Below, one piece after another: positions 1 to 13,695 of a stretch of 64,000 nt of DNA. The DNA is taken from the NCBI RefSeq assembly GCF_020745735.1, contig NC_083449.1, positions 10,576,923-10,640,922 on the forward strand, written 5' to 3'. This DNA is from Hemiscyllium ocellatum (Eukaryota). The notes below the pieces were generated by a model. That model saw only the letters and a program-made list of their open reading frames with translations, made no database searches and was not told the origin of the DNA. The position numbers and the translations under genes are program-made. Each line of letters opens with the position of its first letter. Position 1 is the stretch's first letter.

Positions 1-1629
1 TCCAGTGTTCCCCTCAAAGATGTACCATTGACCCTGCATTGTTGTCGTGTGTTTCTGTTAGCAAAATGCATTTCATTACATTTGTCTGCATTGGAATTCA
101 TCTGCCAGATTTCTGCCCATTTGGCCAACTTGTCAATCTCCCTGTGAAGTCATTCAGCATCATCCTCACAATTCACTCCTCTCCCTGGGTTAGTGTCAAC
201 TGCGAATTTAGAGATTATGTCCTCAACCCCCAACTCCTAATCATTTATAGAACCATGTGGTTATCAATGTGTACGTGTCAGTTTCTTCTACGTGCACGTA
301 ACTATCAATTCTACCTGTCCGTTTCCCCTATGTGAATGTATTTACCAGTCTGTTCCTGCTCTATGAATTGAGACCGTCAATGTTGACCTGTAAGTGTCCG
401 TTTCCTATATGAATGTGTGAGTGTATTTACTGGTCTGTCCCTGCTGTGATTTGAGAATGTTGATATTAATCTGTATTTGTCATTTTCTCCTATATCAATA
501 TGTGAATGATATTTTTTATACCAATATGCAACACAACAGCACGTCATCTCCTTTCTCACCAAAATCAGAATCACTGATATGGTACAGCACAGAAGCAGAC
601 CATTCAGCCTATTGTGCCTGTAGTGGCACATTCTCTTATGCAGCAGCTCTGCAGTAATTGTTGGGAATGTGAACTTCATCCATACATTGTCAGTGTCTAT
701 ATGGAAAGGACAATTTGACATCAGTTCTGTAGACAGCTGACTTTTAGTAACTATAGTCCTTGGTTGGTCAGATCGCATTTGCGTTCAGTTCTGGGCAACT
801 TATTTAAGGAACAATCCTCAAGGTCTGGAGTGGGGTCATTGGAGATTTACTGGATCTCATTCACCTATGTTCAGTTGTGGTTTTGTCAGAGTGTAGCACA
901 GACTCTAAATAAACTCTTTTCAATCATGCGTAATTGTATTGCATTTTAGTCTTTATTTTTACATTGTGTGTGAGTGCATGTATAGTAGACTTTATCAGGC
1001 GCTGCTGGGCACTGTCTATCCTCAGCTGTGATAAGTGATATTGAGAGTCAATTCATATCTGGAAATAATTGAGGCCAAATTTTATTCTTTTCCTTTCAGC
1101 ATCCAGTGGCTGAGTGAGAGTGAGTTTGTTCTTGTGCTGCCACTCTATATCTCAGTTTATGTCTCCTGTAGTGAATGGGAAACAGCCTAAGTTTTTTTTA
1201 AAATTGTTAGTGCCTGGAGCAATCATGTGCAAGTGAAAACGTAACACACTGCAACAGAAAGGATGCTATGCTGTTCTTCAGAGTCAAGGTAGGAAACACA
1301 ATGGACCTTTTGTATCTTGTATAGTGTGGAATCTAATAGGAAGTAATGATATAAAATGTTGGTCTCCAGAAAGCCATCAGCTTTTGTTTCAGTGCATAGT
1401 GATGTTCTTTTATGAATACTGGTGAAGTAAAAATCAGTGTAAACTGTATCCATTTGCAACTAAGTGACAAATAATTCAACTGCATTGGAGCTGACTGAGC
1501 TTGTACGGAAAAGACAATTGGCTAATTCACTTCTATTTTCTGATGTAGACAGAACATTACCCTGCTCTGTAGTGATGATGCACCATTAACAGTAGTCTTA
1601 TGCTGCTCTATAGTAGGGAGGAGGAAAGG

Positions 1630-1889
1630 AATAGAACTAGTCTGACTCAAGATTGGGATACAGACAGACTCTAACCTCACACCTTTAATACATTGAGTTT
1701 AAATGTCACCCTTTTTTAAATAAAATCTGAAGTCATGATAGGAATGTGACTTAAAAGTAGTTCTGGGATGTATATATTAATGAACTGAAACCTGCAACTC
1801 ATTCTAAAAGATGAAACACTGAACAGCAATCTTGGTTTCTTTAAAATATCATTTCAGTTGCATGACACTATAATCTTTTACGATAGATT
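1630..1889 (+). repeat. 260-bp near-identical direct repeat of 2601-2860
   Basis: AATAGAACTAGTCTGACTCAAG...ACGATAGATT present twice with about 3 differences. Confidence 0.92.
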
Positions 1890-2289
1890 TTACAATAGGC
1901 CTCTCTGACAAAGGATCGGAGGGTCAAAATAATTTTGAACATAACATTTTGTGTTACTTGCAATGTCAATGGAACTGCATGGCTGTTAGATATTGTAATG
2001 TGTGTCATTGTAAGTCAGAGAACGAGAGAGAGACAGACAGACAGACAGTGTGCGGTGTGTGTGTGTGTGTGTGTGTGTGTGGGGGGGGGGGGGTGGTGGA
2101 AACATTTGGTTACGTGTCTACACATTAATCATGCTGTGTAAGGCTTTGACACAGATTGTGCATTTGGAATTCATATTATTTGATTGCTGTGTCTATGTAT
2201 GTGACAAAAGATTAATTGTCCTTCACAGTTACTGATAGCTGAAATGTTTCCTTCAATGTGCTCACTCTCTACCTCACATATAACTACAA

Positions 2290-2975
2290 ACTACACTCAT
2301 GCAAACCCTCTCTCATCCACACGCTTTCCCCCATACACACATACATGCACCCCCCACACTCACACCCATGCACACACCCTCTCACAGGCTTATACTCTAT
2401 CACACTCATACGCACACTTTACCAAGCATATATTCTTCTCTCTCTCTCACACTCACACTCACACACACACTCACACACACACTCACACACACACGTCTCT
2501 GGGGTGAATTTGCATTTGCAGATACATTCTATTTTGCTCAAAAAGAGCACAATCTGCAGGCTGCCAATCCATGTAATATTTTATAATTTCCTACTTTGGC
2601 AATAGAACTAGTCTGACTCAAGATTGGGATACAGACAGACTCTAACCTCACACCTTTAATACATTGAGTTTAGATGTCACCCTTTTTTAAATAAAATCTG
2701 AAGTCATGATAGGAATGTGACTTAAAAGTAGTTCTGGGATGTTTATATTAATGAACTGAAACCTGCAACCCATTCTAAAAGATGAAACACTGAACAGCAA
2801 TCTTGGTTTCTTTAAAATATCATTTCAGTTGCATGACACTATAATCTTTTACGATAGATTCTGTGTCTCATGATCCTGTTTCATGGCTACCTGATGAAGG
2901 ATCAGCGCTCTGAAAGCTCGTACTTCCAAATGAACCTGCTGGACTATAATCTGGTGTTGCGTGATTTTTCAATTG
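2290..2975 (+). mobile_element. Penelope-like element 3' region with hammerhead-like core
   Basis: CA/CT microsatellite then terminal CTGATGAAGG..GAAAGCTC..AAACCTG..GGACTATAATCTGGTGTTG; same architecture as 15770-16480. Confidence 0.6.
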
Positions 2976-4080
2976 TGGTTGCCACATTACAGGAAGGACG
3001 TGGAGGATTTAGAGAGGGTGCTGAAGAGGTTTGCCAGAATGTTGTCTAGTGGTATGAGCTATAAAGAGAAGCTAGAAAATCCCAAATAGTTTTCTTCTGA
3101 GCAGAGACTGAGGGCAGACTTAATAGAAGTCTATAAAATTTTGAGAAGAGCTACTTGTAGCTCAAGTTGAAGTACTGAATCTAGCTTTGCTCGCTGAGCT
3201 GGAATGTTCTTTTTCAGATGTTTTGTCACTATACTAGCTACCGTTATTAGTGAGCCTCCAGATGAACCACTGGTGGTCTGGTCCGCTTTCTATTTATGAG
3301 CCCACTACATTGGACAAACAGGCAGAAAACTAGCCACTGAGATACATGAACATCAACTAGCCACAAAAAGACATGACCCACTCTCACTAGTATCCTTACA
3401 TACAGATGAGGAAGGACACCACTTCGACTGGGACGACACATCCATCCTAGGAAAGGCCAGAGACGTACACAAGAATGCCAAGAAGCATGGTATTCCAAAC
3501 AGAAATCTAAAAACAAACACATTGACTTGAATTCCATTTACCACCCCAGAGAAAATGAACACTAAATGACATCACCACAGAAAATGACATCACCAACCCA
3601 AGGACACAAATACCACCAGTGCTTCATCCTGAGGTTCACTGATGATGTTACCTAGTATGGTAACAAAATGTCTGAAAACAAACTTTCCAGCTCAGCGAGC
3701 AAACCTATATCCAGAAGTCTATAAAATTATAAGATGCATGGTTAAAGCTGATGGTCAGAATCTTTTTCCAAGAGTTTGAAATGTCTAAAACTAAGAGGGA
3801 TGCATATAAGGTAAGATGGGGAAAGTTCAAAGGAGACCTAAGATGTAGTTTTTTTTTAAAATGTAGTAAGTGGTAGGAGCGGCACACATTGCTAAGGGTG
3901 GTGATGGACTCTGCTATGATAAAGGTATTGAAGGGACTTTTAAAAAAAAACAAATTAATATGCAAGAAATGGAGGGATATGGACCACGGGCAGGCAGGCG
4001 GGATTAAATTTCATTCGGCGCCATGTTCGGCACAACATTGTGGACTAAAGGACCCATTCCTGTGCTGTACCATTCAATGT
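2976..4080 (+). mobile_element. Old CR1 3' fragment (host of a PLE insertion)
   Basis: CR1 ORF2 C-terminal remnants and 3' UTR. Confidence 0.65.
3148..3712 (+). mobile_element. PLE fragment with inverted termini and GIY-YIG C-terminal remnant
   Basis: GQTGRKLATEIHEHQLATKRHDPLSLVS..HFDWD; inverted ends; duplicated AGAAGTCTATAAAATT at 3125-3140 and 3713-3728. Confidence 0.8.
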
Positions 4081-4269
4081 TCAGATTTAATGCAGTGTAT
4101 ATTTCGGATGAGGATTCATTCAAATTGATTGGAAATGGGTAGCATGCATTGAGAATATAGATGAAAAATATATACTTCTATTTCCTTGGTGGTGTTTGAC
4201 TCTTGGTTTGAACATATCTCTCTGGAAATGGAGCTCAGTATGAACCTGACTCAATCCACTCTGACTGTG

Positions 4270-7200
4270 AAAAGAAGAGGAGAGACACTCTTCAGCGGGA
4301 ATTCGGAGAACTCGGAAGAAGGCTGAAAAGCAGGACATCCAGGCTAGTTATCTCTGGTTTGCTTCCAGTTCCTCGGGCTGGAGAGGACAGGAACAGGGAG
4401 ATAATGGACTTGAATGTGTGGCTGGGGAACTGGTGCAGGAAAGCAAGGATTTGAATTTTTGGATCACTGGGGTATGTTTAGCAGTAAGGATAAATTATAC
4501 AAGAGGGACGGGTTGCACCTTAGTAGGCGGGGGACCAGCATTCTGGCAGGTAGGTTTGCCACTGCAACACAGCTGCATTTAAAGTAAATAGCAGGGGGGA
4601 GGGGACAAACTGGAAGTTTAAGAAGGAGGTTAAAGGGAAAGTTAGAACAAGAGAAGTCAAGAAAGACAACAGAATCAATGGAGCAGAAAACTCAACAAAG
4701 GATCATGCCGTAAGGTCAAATGAAATAGGGATTGATAGGAAGGGTGAGGAGAATAACAAATTTAAATTATATATGAATGCACGAAGCATTAGAAATAAGG
4801 TACTGAGCTTGAGGCTCATTTGAAAATTGGCAGTTACGATGTTGGTGAGGATAACTGAGACATGGCTTCAAGTGGACAGGGCCTGGGAAATGAATATTCA
4901 AGGCGATACGTGCTATCATAAGGAGAGACTGACTGGCAGAGGGGGTGGTGTGGCCCTGTTGGTAAGGAATGATATTCAGTCCCTTGCGCAGGGGGACTTA
5001 GAATCAGGGGATGTAGAGTCCGTATATTTAGAGCTGAGAAATTCGAAGGGTAGAAAGACCCTAATGGGAGTTATCTACCGGCCCCCAAACAGTAGCCTGG
5101 ATGTAGTATGTAAGTTGAATAAGGAGCTGAAATTAGCCTGTTGCAAAGATATTACTACAGTTGTTATGGGGGATTTCAACATGCAGGTAGACTGGGAGAA
5201 TCAGGATGGTACTGGACCCCAAGATAGAGAGTTTGTGGAGTGCCTCCGAGATGGATTGTTAGAACAGCTGGTGCTGGAGCCTAACAGGGAGAAAGCAATT
5301 CTGGACCTGGTGTTGTACAACGAACTGGATTTAAGAGAGCCATTAGGAGGTAGTGACCACAATTCAATAAGCTTTCATCTGCAGTTTGAAAAGGAGAGAG
5401 TAGAATCAGAAGTGACAATATTTCAGTTGAATAAGGGGAACTATGAGGGAGGAGCTGGCCAAAGTTTAATGGTTCAATACCCTAGCAGGGATGGCAGTGG
5501 AACAACAATGGCAGGTATTTCTGGTATAATGCAGAAGATGCAGGATCAGTTCATTCCAAAAAGGAAGGGAGATCCTAAGTGGAGGCTGGGGTGGCTGTGG
5601 CTGATGAGGGAAGTTAAGGACCATATAAAGATCAAAGGGAAAAAGTATAACATAGAAAAGATGAGTGGGAAATCGGAGGACTGGGAAGCTTCTAAAGAAC
5701 AACAGAGGATAACTAAAAAGGTGATACGCAAAGAAAAAATAAGGTACAAAGGTAAACTGGCCAAAAATATAAAAGGAGGATAGGAAACGCTTTTTTAGGT
5801 ATGTGAAAAGAGAAAAAAACGATTGACTAAAATTGGGCCCTTGAAGACAGAAGCAAGTGAATTTATTACAGGGAACAAAGAAATGACAAGAGTTGAATTG
5901 GTACTTTAGATCTGTCTCCACTGGGGAAGACACAAGCAATCTCCCAGATGTAATAGTGACTGAAGGACCTGAACTGAAGGGAATTTATATTAGGCAGGAA
6001 ATGGTGTTTGAGAGACTGTTAGGTCTGAAGGCTGATAAGTCCCTGGGACCTGATGGTCTACATCTCAGGGTACTGAAGGAGGTGGCTTTGGAAATCGTGG
6101 AGGCATTGGTGATCATTTTCCAACGTTCTATTGATTCAGGATCAGTTCCTGCGGATTGGAGAGTGGCTAACGTTGTCCCACTTTTTAAGAAAGGAGGGAG
6201 AGAGAAAACAGAATTATAGACCAGTTAGTCTGACCTCAGTAGTGGGAGAAATGCTGGAGTCAATTATAAAGGACAAAATTATGACATCTGGATAGCAGTT
6301 ACAGGATAGGTCAGAGTCAGCATGGATTTATGAAGGGGAAATCTTGCTTGACTAATCTTCTGGAATTTTTTGAGGATGTAACTCTGAAAATGGACAAGGG
6401 AGATCCAGTGGATGTAGTATACCTGGACTTTCAGAAAGCCTTTGATAAAATCCCACACAGGAGGTTAGTGAGCAAAATTAAGGCACAAGGTATTAGGGGC
6501 AAAATACTGACATGGTTTAAAAATTGGTTGGCTGACAGGAAACCAAGAGTAGTGATAAACAGCTCCCTTTCAGAATGTCGGGCAGGGCCTGTGGTGTGCC
6601 GCGGGGATCAGTGCTGGGACCGCAGCTTTTTACAATGTACATTGTAAAATGTACATTCTGGGCGGCACGGTGGCACAGTGGTTAGCACTGCTGCCTCACA
6701 GCGCCTGAGACTCGGGTTCAATTCCCGACTCAGGCGACTGACTGTGTGGAGTTTGCACGTTCTCCCCGTGTCTGCGTGGGTTTCCTCCGGGTGCTCCGGT
6801 TTCCTCCCACAGTCACAAAGATGTGCGGGTCAGGTGAATTGGCCATGCTAAATTGCCCGTAGTGTTAGGTAAGGGGTAAATGTAGGGGTATGGGTGGGTT
6901 GCGCTTCGGCGGGTCGGTGTGGGCTTGTTGGGCCGAAGGGCCTGTTTCCATACTGTAAGTCTAGTCTAATCTAAAAAAAACATTAATAATATAGATAAAG
7001 GTATTAAAAGTAATATTAACAAATTTGCTGATGACACAAGGCTGGGTGGCAGGGTGAAATGTGAAGAGGATGTTAGGAGAATACAGGGTGACCTGGACAG
7101 GTTAGGTGAGTGGACGGATGCATGGCAGATGTTTAATGTCAATAAATGTGTGGTTATCCACTTTGGCAAGAACAGGAAGGCAGATTACTACCTAAATGGA

Positions 7201-7942
7201 GTCAAGTTGGGTAAAGGGGCAGTACAACGAGATCTAGGTGTTCTTGTACATCAGTCAATGAAAGCAAGCATGCAGGTACAGCAGGCAGTGAAGAAAGCTA
7301 ATAGCATGCTGGCCTTCATAACAAGAGGAATTGAATATAGAAGCAAAGAGGTCCTTCTGCAGCTGTACAGGGCCCTGGTGAGACCGCACCTAGAATATTG
7401 TGCACAGTTTTGGTCTCCAAATATGAGGAAAGACATTCTGGCTATTGAAGGAATGCAGCATAGGTTCACAAGATCAATTCCCAGAATGGGGGGGACCATC
7501 TTACGCTGAAAGATTGGAGCGACTCGGCTTGTATACGCTTGAGTTTAGAAGGCTGAGAGGGGATCTGATCGAGACATATAAGATTATTAAAGGATTGGAC
7601 ACTCTGGAGGCAGGAAGCATGTTTCCGCTGATGGGTGAGTCTCGAACCAGAGGATACAGTTTAAAAATAAGGGGTAGGCCACTTAGAACAGAGTTGAGGA
7701 GAAACTTCTTCACCCAGAGAGTGGTGAGTGTATGGAATGCTCTGCTCCAGAAGACTGTGGAGGCTAAGTCTCTGGATACTTTCAAGAAAGAGTTGGATAG
7801 AGCTCTTAAGGATAGTGGAATTAAGGGTTATGGGGATAAGGCAGGAACAGGATACTGATTGAGGATGATCAGCCATGATCATAATGAATGGTGGTGCTGG
7901 CTCGAAGGGCAGAATGGCCTACTCCTGCACCTATTGTCTATT
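4270..7942 (+). mobile_element. CR1 LINE (ORF1 esterase C-terminus, ORF2 APE+RT, 3' end), degenerate
   Basis: ISGLLP...LYKRDGLHL (SGNH esterase); YMNARSIRNK, VIYRPP, MGDFN, GSDH (APE); YLDFQKAFDK, FADD (RT); frameshifts; splits a block that is uninterrupted at 33680. Confidence 0.93.
6660..6980 (+). mobile_element. HE1-type V-SINE (full length) inserted in the CR1 RT region
   Basis: Same family as 18070-18377; CTAAT-type repeat tail followed by A8. Confidence 0.92.
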
Positions 7943-7978
7943 GAAAGGATGTTCTTCACTGTGACAGCAGTATCATAC

Positions 7979-8060
7979 CTGCTGTTTGTTCGAAGCAGCT
8001 GGTCACACTTGGCTCTGTACCGAGGGAATATTACTTTATCTTGGTCCTTTGAGTACTTGC
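7979..8060 (-). other. Putative 82-nt exon, copy A
   Basis: ctcttctgtcttcctccAG|...CAGCAG|GTATGA. Confidence 0.6.
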
Positions 8061-8914
8061 CTGGAGGAAGACAGAAGAGATACCTCCTGTAAATCAACAT
8101 CAGTTGTGATTGGCAGCATCAATGTAACATTCAGTTAATCATCACTAGGATTTTTTTGTTTAAAGCCAGACATTTAAACAGAACCACAGGTCTGATTCCA
8201 CTCCTCCCCTGAGCTGCTCCTTGTCCATTTTTTCTTAAAATTCTAATACCAGTTGAGTGAGATTCAGAAACTAAACAACACCCATACAGCTCCTTAAATG
8301 GGGCCACCTGATGGAAGTGGGTATGAGAGTTTAGTTATTGATCTATACCTGTCAGTTCCTGCTTGGTGAATGTGTGGGTATAGTTATCAAACTGTAACTT
8401 TTGGTATATGGTAAATATATTTACATATTCACACAGCATAGACCAGGCTGGTCTCATTGATAACTGAAAAATCATAAAAATAATACAGCTTCAGGTTGGG
8501 GGGTGCGGTATTCAGCCCATCTTGTCCATGCCTACGTGTCCTTTCTCATGCCACCTTCCTGCCAGAGCCCGTAAACTTGCAGTTTACAACACTTGAGGCT
8601 CAGTTCCAGGGAACTTTTGTTTAAAAAAAATGTAAGGTACCACCAAATCAGACAGTGAATTCCAGATACCCACCACTCTCTGCATAAAAAGACATTTTTC
8701 CTCATAAATTCTAATCCTACAGCCACTTAAGTTGAATCCGTGATCCCTGATTTTTGAACTCTTTGCTAAAAGAAATAGGTTCCTCCTGTCTAATGATTCC
8801 CTCTCACTAGTTAGTTAAATATCACACAACACCAGGTTATAGTTCAACAGGTTTATATGGAAGTGCACACTTTCAGAGTGCTGCTGCTTCATCAGGTAGC
8901 TCACTATTTAGTAT

Positions 8915-9158
8915 TGTAAACACCCCCGTACCCGTGGGGAATATGATCCAGGACCAAGAAATATGATCCAGGACCAAGAGCAGAAACGCAAACTGCAGAT
9001 AGGTGCAAAACCATTAATTTAAATGGGAAATATACCTTCGCGGCAGATTCCTGGTCCCTGGTTCTGGAAAATTTCCTTTTATATGCTCGGACCACTGTAA
9101 ACCACTGGTAAGTGAAATCGCGATAACTGAACCCACGGATACGAGTGTCGCCCTGTAC
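8915..9158. mobile_element. Probable Tc1/mariner-pogo-type MITE
   Basis: Imperfect TIRs (CCCCGTACCCGTGGG / CCCACGGATACGAG), TA flanks, absent from the paralogous site at about 34640; internal 20-bp tandem duplication. Confidence 0.45.
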
Positions 9159-9159
9159 T

Positions 9160-9912
9160 CCTTAATCATGGCACCACTGTTCCAAGGAATACAACCCCAA
9201 TCTCTCCAATCCCTACTGATAGCTACAATTCACGAGTCCTGGCAACATTCTAGTAAATCTCCTCTGCACTCTCTCCACAGCAATGACGTCCTTCTTGTAA
9301 TGTGGCGACCCGATTGCACACAATATTCCTGTTGTAGCCACCGGTGCCTCACACAGTTACATTGTCATTTCCCTATTTTTGTATTCACCCCTCTGCCAAT
9401 GAAGGAGAGCATTCCATGTGCCTTCTTTACAGCCCCTTCTATCTTTAGGGACCTGAGCATTTGCATACTAAGATCTTTCACTTAACCTGTCCCCCTCAGT
9501 ATATTCCCATTTATTGTCAATTCCCATTTACCGTCTGACTTTCCAAAAGGCGTTCCCTCATACCTATCAGACCTGAACTCCATCTGCCACGTTCTTGCCC
9601 ACTCCACCAAATCATCTGTATAGTTTTGGAGTTTACAGCTATCCTCCACACTATCCACTACATGGCCAATTTTTGTATCATCTGCAAATTTCAGCTGTTT
9701 GCCCAACATATGCAACTCCAAATCATTAATGGATAAAACAAACAGCAGAGGATCCAACACTGAGCCATGCAGAGCACCACTTGTAACAGCTTTCCAATCA
9801 CAAGGGCCACCATTGACCATTATCCTTTCTCTCCTGTGACTGAGCCAACTTTGGATCCAATTCAACACATTACCCTGTATCCCTCGAGGTATTACTTCTT
9901 GGACCAGTCTGC
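9160..9912 (-). mobile_element. CR1 RT fragment
   Basis: ORF 9482-9997 WIQSWLSHRRERIMV..GSVLDPLLF..KFADDTKIG. Confidence 0.85.
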
Positions 9913-12400
9913 TGTGATGCTGCTGCTCCTTCAACAAGCTTGTACAATACACAAGCTCCGAAAAGTCAGAGTTGATAGCTATAATCAAAATGGCCATAAA
10001 ACCTAACAGGTAATGCCTCAGTCAAAAGGCTTGCACATTTTTAAGAAGAACACCTGTACAATGAAAGGGGAGTAGCCCAATTTTCCCAGCTCAGCTTTTC
10101 TCTGGCTTGATTTGGTTTTTGACTCTCTGGCTATTGACTGAAAGCAGTCAGGCAGTTGAAAAAGTTGCTGAACCCAAATAAGCAGGTCCATGATGGTACT
10201 GTCTCTCTCTTACATCTCTCCTGTAAGACCCTATGTTTGACTTTACCTTTTGTGCCAAGGGGTATTTTGTTGTAAATGTTGTGAACACCATCATTAAATT
10301 GGTATTGTCTGTTGGGTTTTCGGAATTTTAAGTTATTTAGTATTCTGCACTCTTTTGTTTGTGTATCATTTGGTAAATGTTTTAAAACTACTGGTTTGAC
10401 CAGCTGCATCCCTCCTGGAATATCTTCGTTACACCCACTTAAAACAATTAGTAAGGTTAGGGTCTGGGTTACTTTCTTGAAATGTGTGGAGGGGGTCTGG
10501 CCTTTTCCATAACAGATTGGGGGCTGTTTGCAGAATTTATTCTGGAGTTCTGATTTGGGATTTGATTTGTTGGACTCGAAGGCAGCGAGTGGTAAATATT
10601 AGCCTCTTTTGTTCCAAGTGTTGAATTCAATTCGTTTAAACAGCGCTTGGAGAAAGTGAGGAGATCAGAGACGAGTGTGTGTTGCTGGAAAACCAAGCAG
10701 ATCAGACAGCATCTGAGGAGTAGGAGAATCAATGTTTTGGGCATCAGCCCTTCATCAGGATACAGTGTTTGGGATAGCAATGGCTCTTTGAGTCATCAAG
10801 AGTTTTCTGGGGCTGGAAGAAGTGACTTCAGATTTTTGCAAAAAGTGATTAATGCCAAGCTGCTGGAATTAGCAGACAAGCTGGAGCTTGACCTGCCTCC
10901 ACCCATGAGGAAAAGAGCGATAATTACAGTAATAGCTCAACGCTTACAATTTGCCGGAAATGCCGTCATAATCTTTAGAGATGGCTAACATTCAATTGAT
11001 AATGAAACAACTTGAGTTAGACGCAAAAGTCAAGGAAAGAGCAAAAGAAACAAAACAGTTTGAATTACGATTAAAAGCAGAAGAGATGGAGAATAGAGAA
11101 AAGGAGAGAGAGGAAAGGAAGAAAGAGGGAGTTTGAACTTTGGAAATTGGCACTTAGACAGGAGTTCAGAAATTCACTTCCAGAAGTAATGAGAACTCAC
11201 GTGTAAGAGCAGAGAGTTAAAACAGTAAGACTGGCATCAGAAATGGCTGATGATGGAGTTGATCAATAAATCAAAATTGGGCTGCCAAAATCAATTTGAA
11301 TCCATGAGGGATAATAATTGTGGGTAAGAGAAATTCTCACATGGAAAATAAAAATTAGATCTCTATGAAGATCACAAGGATAATTTACCACAGGGTGAAA
11401 AAGAAACCCTTGAAGGGGAAAGACAAGTGAAAAAGCTCTGGTGTTTTCAATAAAGTAGGCCACATGGAATCAGTATTAGTGGGTTAGGAAAAGCACTGAG
11501 AAGCGAGATGTAGGAAAACAGGATAAGCCAGTGACTTTTGTTGGAGTGGTAAGAGAGAGCAATGTGCACAAGCTGGTTGGAGGTTGTTTATGGAGGAAGT
11601 GCCAGATCTTCTTAAACCATACACCGTGAAGGTAAAGTTTACTTGCATAAGCCAGGAGCAGGCAGGTAAACAGGTAGCAATATTAAGAGATATAAGGATC
11701 CTCTTAATCTGTGATGTTAAAAGATGAAGATATATGTACTTCTAAAGGACTATTGCCAGAAAAGGTATGAGTAACTGGAATTCACATTGAAATAAGAAAT
11801 GCTCAATTGTAAGAAGTAAGGCTAGAGTGTCGAGTGAAGAGGGGAGAAGTCATAGTAGGAGTACTGGACAAACATTCAGCTCCAGGGATACAATTTGTCG
11901 TTGTTAATGATGTTGCTGATTCACTGGTGGGAGTGCCGATTGGTTGAAAAGTCAATGGAAATTCGGGCAACTGAACTATTGCAGGACACACATCCTGGGA
12001 TATTTCCTGACTGTGTGGTAACGAGGTCACAGAGTCACCAGCTGAAACGGGAAAGATCAAAGAGTACAGATAAGGAAGTTGAAGGGAAATTAGAGACCCT
12101 GTTTGATCAGATAGTTGAGACAAATCAGGAACAGAGATGACAAATCTGACATCTTTAGCTCAGGTAAATTAACTGAGTTACAGCAAAAAGATGAAAATTT
12201 AAAGCAATTGTATCAAAAAGCATACACAAAACGAATCCAAATGTATCCCTGATTGTTATTATCTTAAAAATGAAGTCTTAATGAGGAAATGGAGAACATC
12301 ACATTCAGGCAAATGAGAAATGGGCAGAAGTTTATCAAGTTGTATTGTTAGTGGGTTATAGAAAGGACATGTTGCGAGTATAGCACATGAGCTACCTGTA
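9913..12400 (+). mobile_element. Degenerate Gypsy-like LTR retrotransposon (5' LTR, PBS, gag/protease/pol remnants)
   Basis: TG...AACA LTR at about 9913-10514 followed by TTGGGGGCT (tRNA-Pro-type PBS remnant); gag-like LLELADKLELDL; LRD protease-like motif; CVVTRSQS; AHELP remnant. Confidence 0.7.
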
Positions 12401-13039
12401 TAGATTGTCTGTTTGAAATTCACATTACTTAATTGTCATCTCGGTATGTGTCAACTATTCAGTAAAGGATTAATTCTGTCCTTCTCAGTCACACAAACTC
12501 CATGTAAATATGCTTCATCCCGGCTGGAGAATTTGAACTGTAGGCAGAGGCTGAACAGGCTGGAACTGTTTTCCCTGGAGAGTGACCTTACAGAAGTTTA
12601 TAAAATCATAAGGCACATGGAGAAATGGTGGAGCCTGATACAATTATAACATTTTAAAAGGCATCTGAGTGAGTATAATGAGAAAGTCTTAAAACTTGCC
12701 CTTAAATACTTGACTAAATGTAATGTTGAATTGTCGAACACAAGAAAAAATACAGGACAGACAGGGAGGCATCAGTCCACAAAAGGGGGGAACTTAAGAT
12801 GTGCAGAAGATAAAAAAAATCTGTTCTCACCAAGTGATAACAGGATGCTCTAAAGCAATTAAGAACATTTGCCTTAACATCAATGAATCTGTGTGAAAAG
12901 GACACAGAGTGATAACATTCACAGTTGTTAACTTATGAGTTTAATGATGATTGTGATCTCAGAAACTTTGTATCATCTCAGAAGCATGTCAAAAGTCTTG
13001 TAATAAACGGTCAGGTCCTATCAATTATAATGGATTCTT

Positions 13040-13044
<5 letters not shown>

Positions 13045-13087
<43 letters not shown>

Positions 13088-13100
13088 TGAGAGAGAGTGA
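13045..13100. repeat. (GT)n(GA)n microsatellite
   Basis: Direct reading; others at 2056-2093 (GT then poly-G) and 29064-29103 (TA). Confidence 0.95.
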
Positions 13101-13485
13101 GATGAATGTTTTAAATTTATTTGTATTTTGGGACGCTATGATGATTTTGAGTAGCCATCACTGATTATGAAATGCAAACTCTAAAATGTAAAATTGATGA
13201 AGCACTTGTTGGGCTGAAGGGCCTGTTTCCACCTTGTAAATAATCTAATCTAATCTAATCTTCAACTTACTCGGTGTTCCAACACACCACGACTGCCCCA
13301 TTGTCAATTCTAACTCGTCACATCTTCTGTCTTCTTTGAATTTGAATCACAACCCTGAAAAGAAAGCATGTTTAATTTGAGACAAATGAATCATTTAAAA
13401 TTTAACCTTTCAGCCTCAGTTACAGAATAATTTTGTGCTTAAGATAAAAAGCAGGAGTCTCCTCCTAGCTTAACAACTATTCTAA

Positions 13486-13695
13486 GATGAAAATGTGTTG
13501 CTGGAAAAGTGCAGCAGGTCAGGCAGCAGCCAAGGAACAGGAGATTCGACATTTCGGGCATAAGCCCTTCATCGGGAATGGCTTATGCCCGAAACGTCGA
13601 ATCTCCTGTTCCTTGGCTGCTGCCTGACCTGCTGCGCTTTTCCAGCAACACATTTTCAGCTCTGATACTCCAGCATCTGCAGACCTCACTTTCTC
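13486..13695. mobile_element. PLE-derived fold-back mini-element
   Basis: About 79-bp inverted arms (13488-13567 / 13580-13658); 17-bp TSD CTTAACAACTATTCTAA (13469-13485 / 13696-13712). Confidence 0.85.

Noticed and set aside
2244-2605. His/Thr-rich ORFs (also 16246-16482)
   Set aside because: Translations of CA/CT microsatellites in PLE 3' UTRs
6660-6735. tRNA gene
   Set aside because: tRNA-derived head of the HE1 SINE, not a cloverleaf with an anticodon arm
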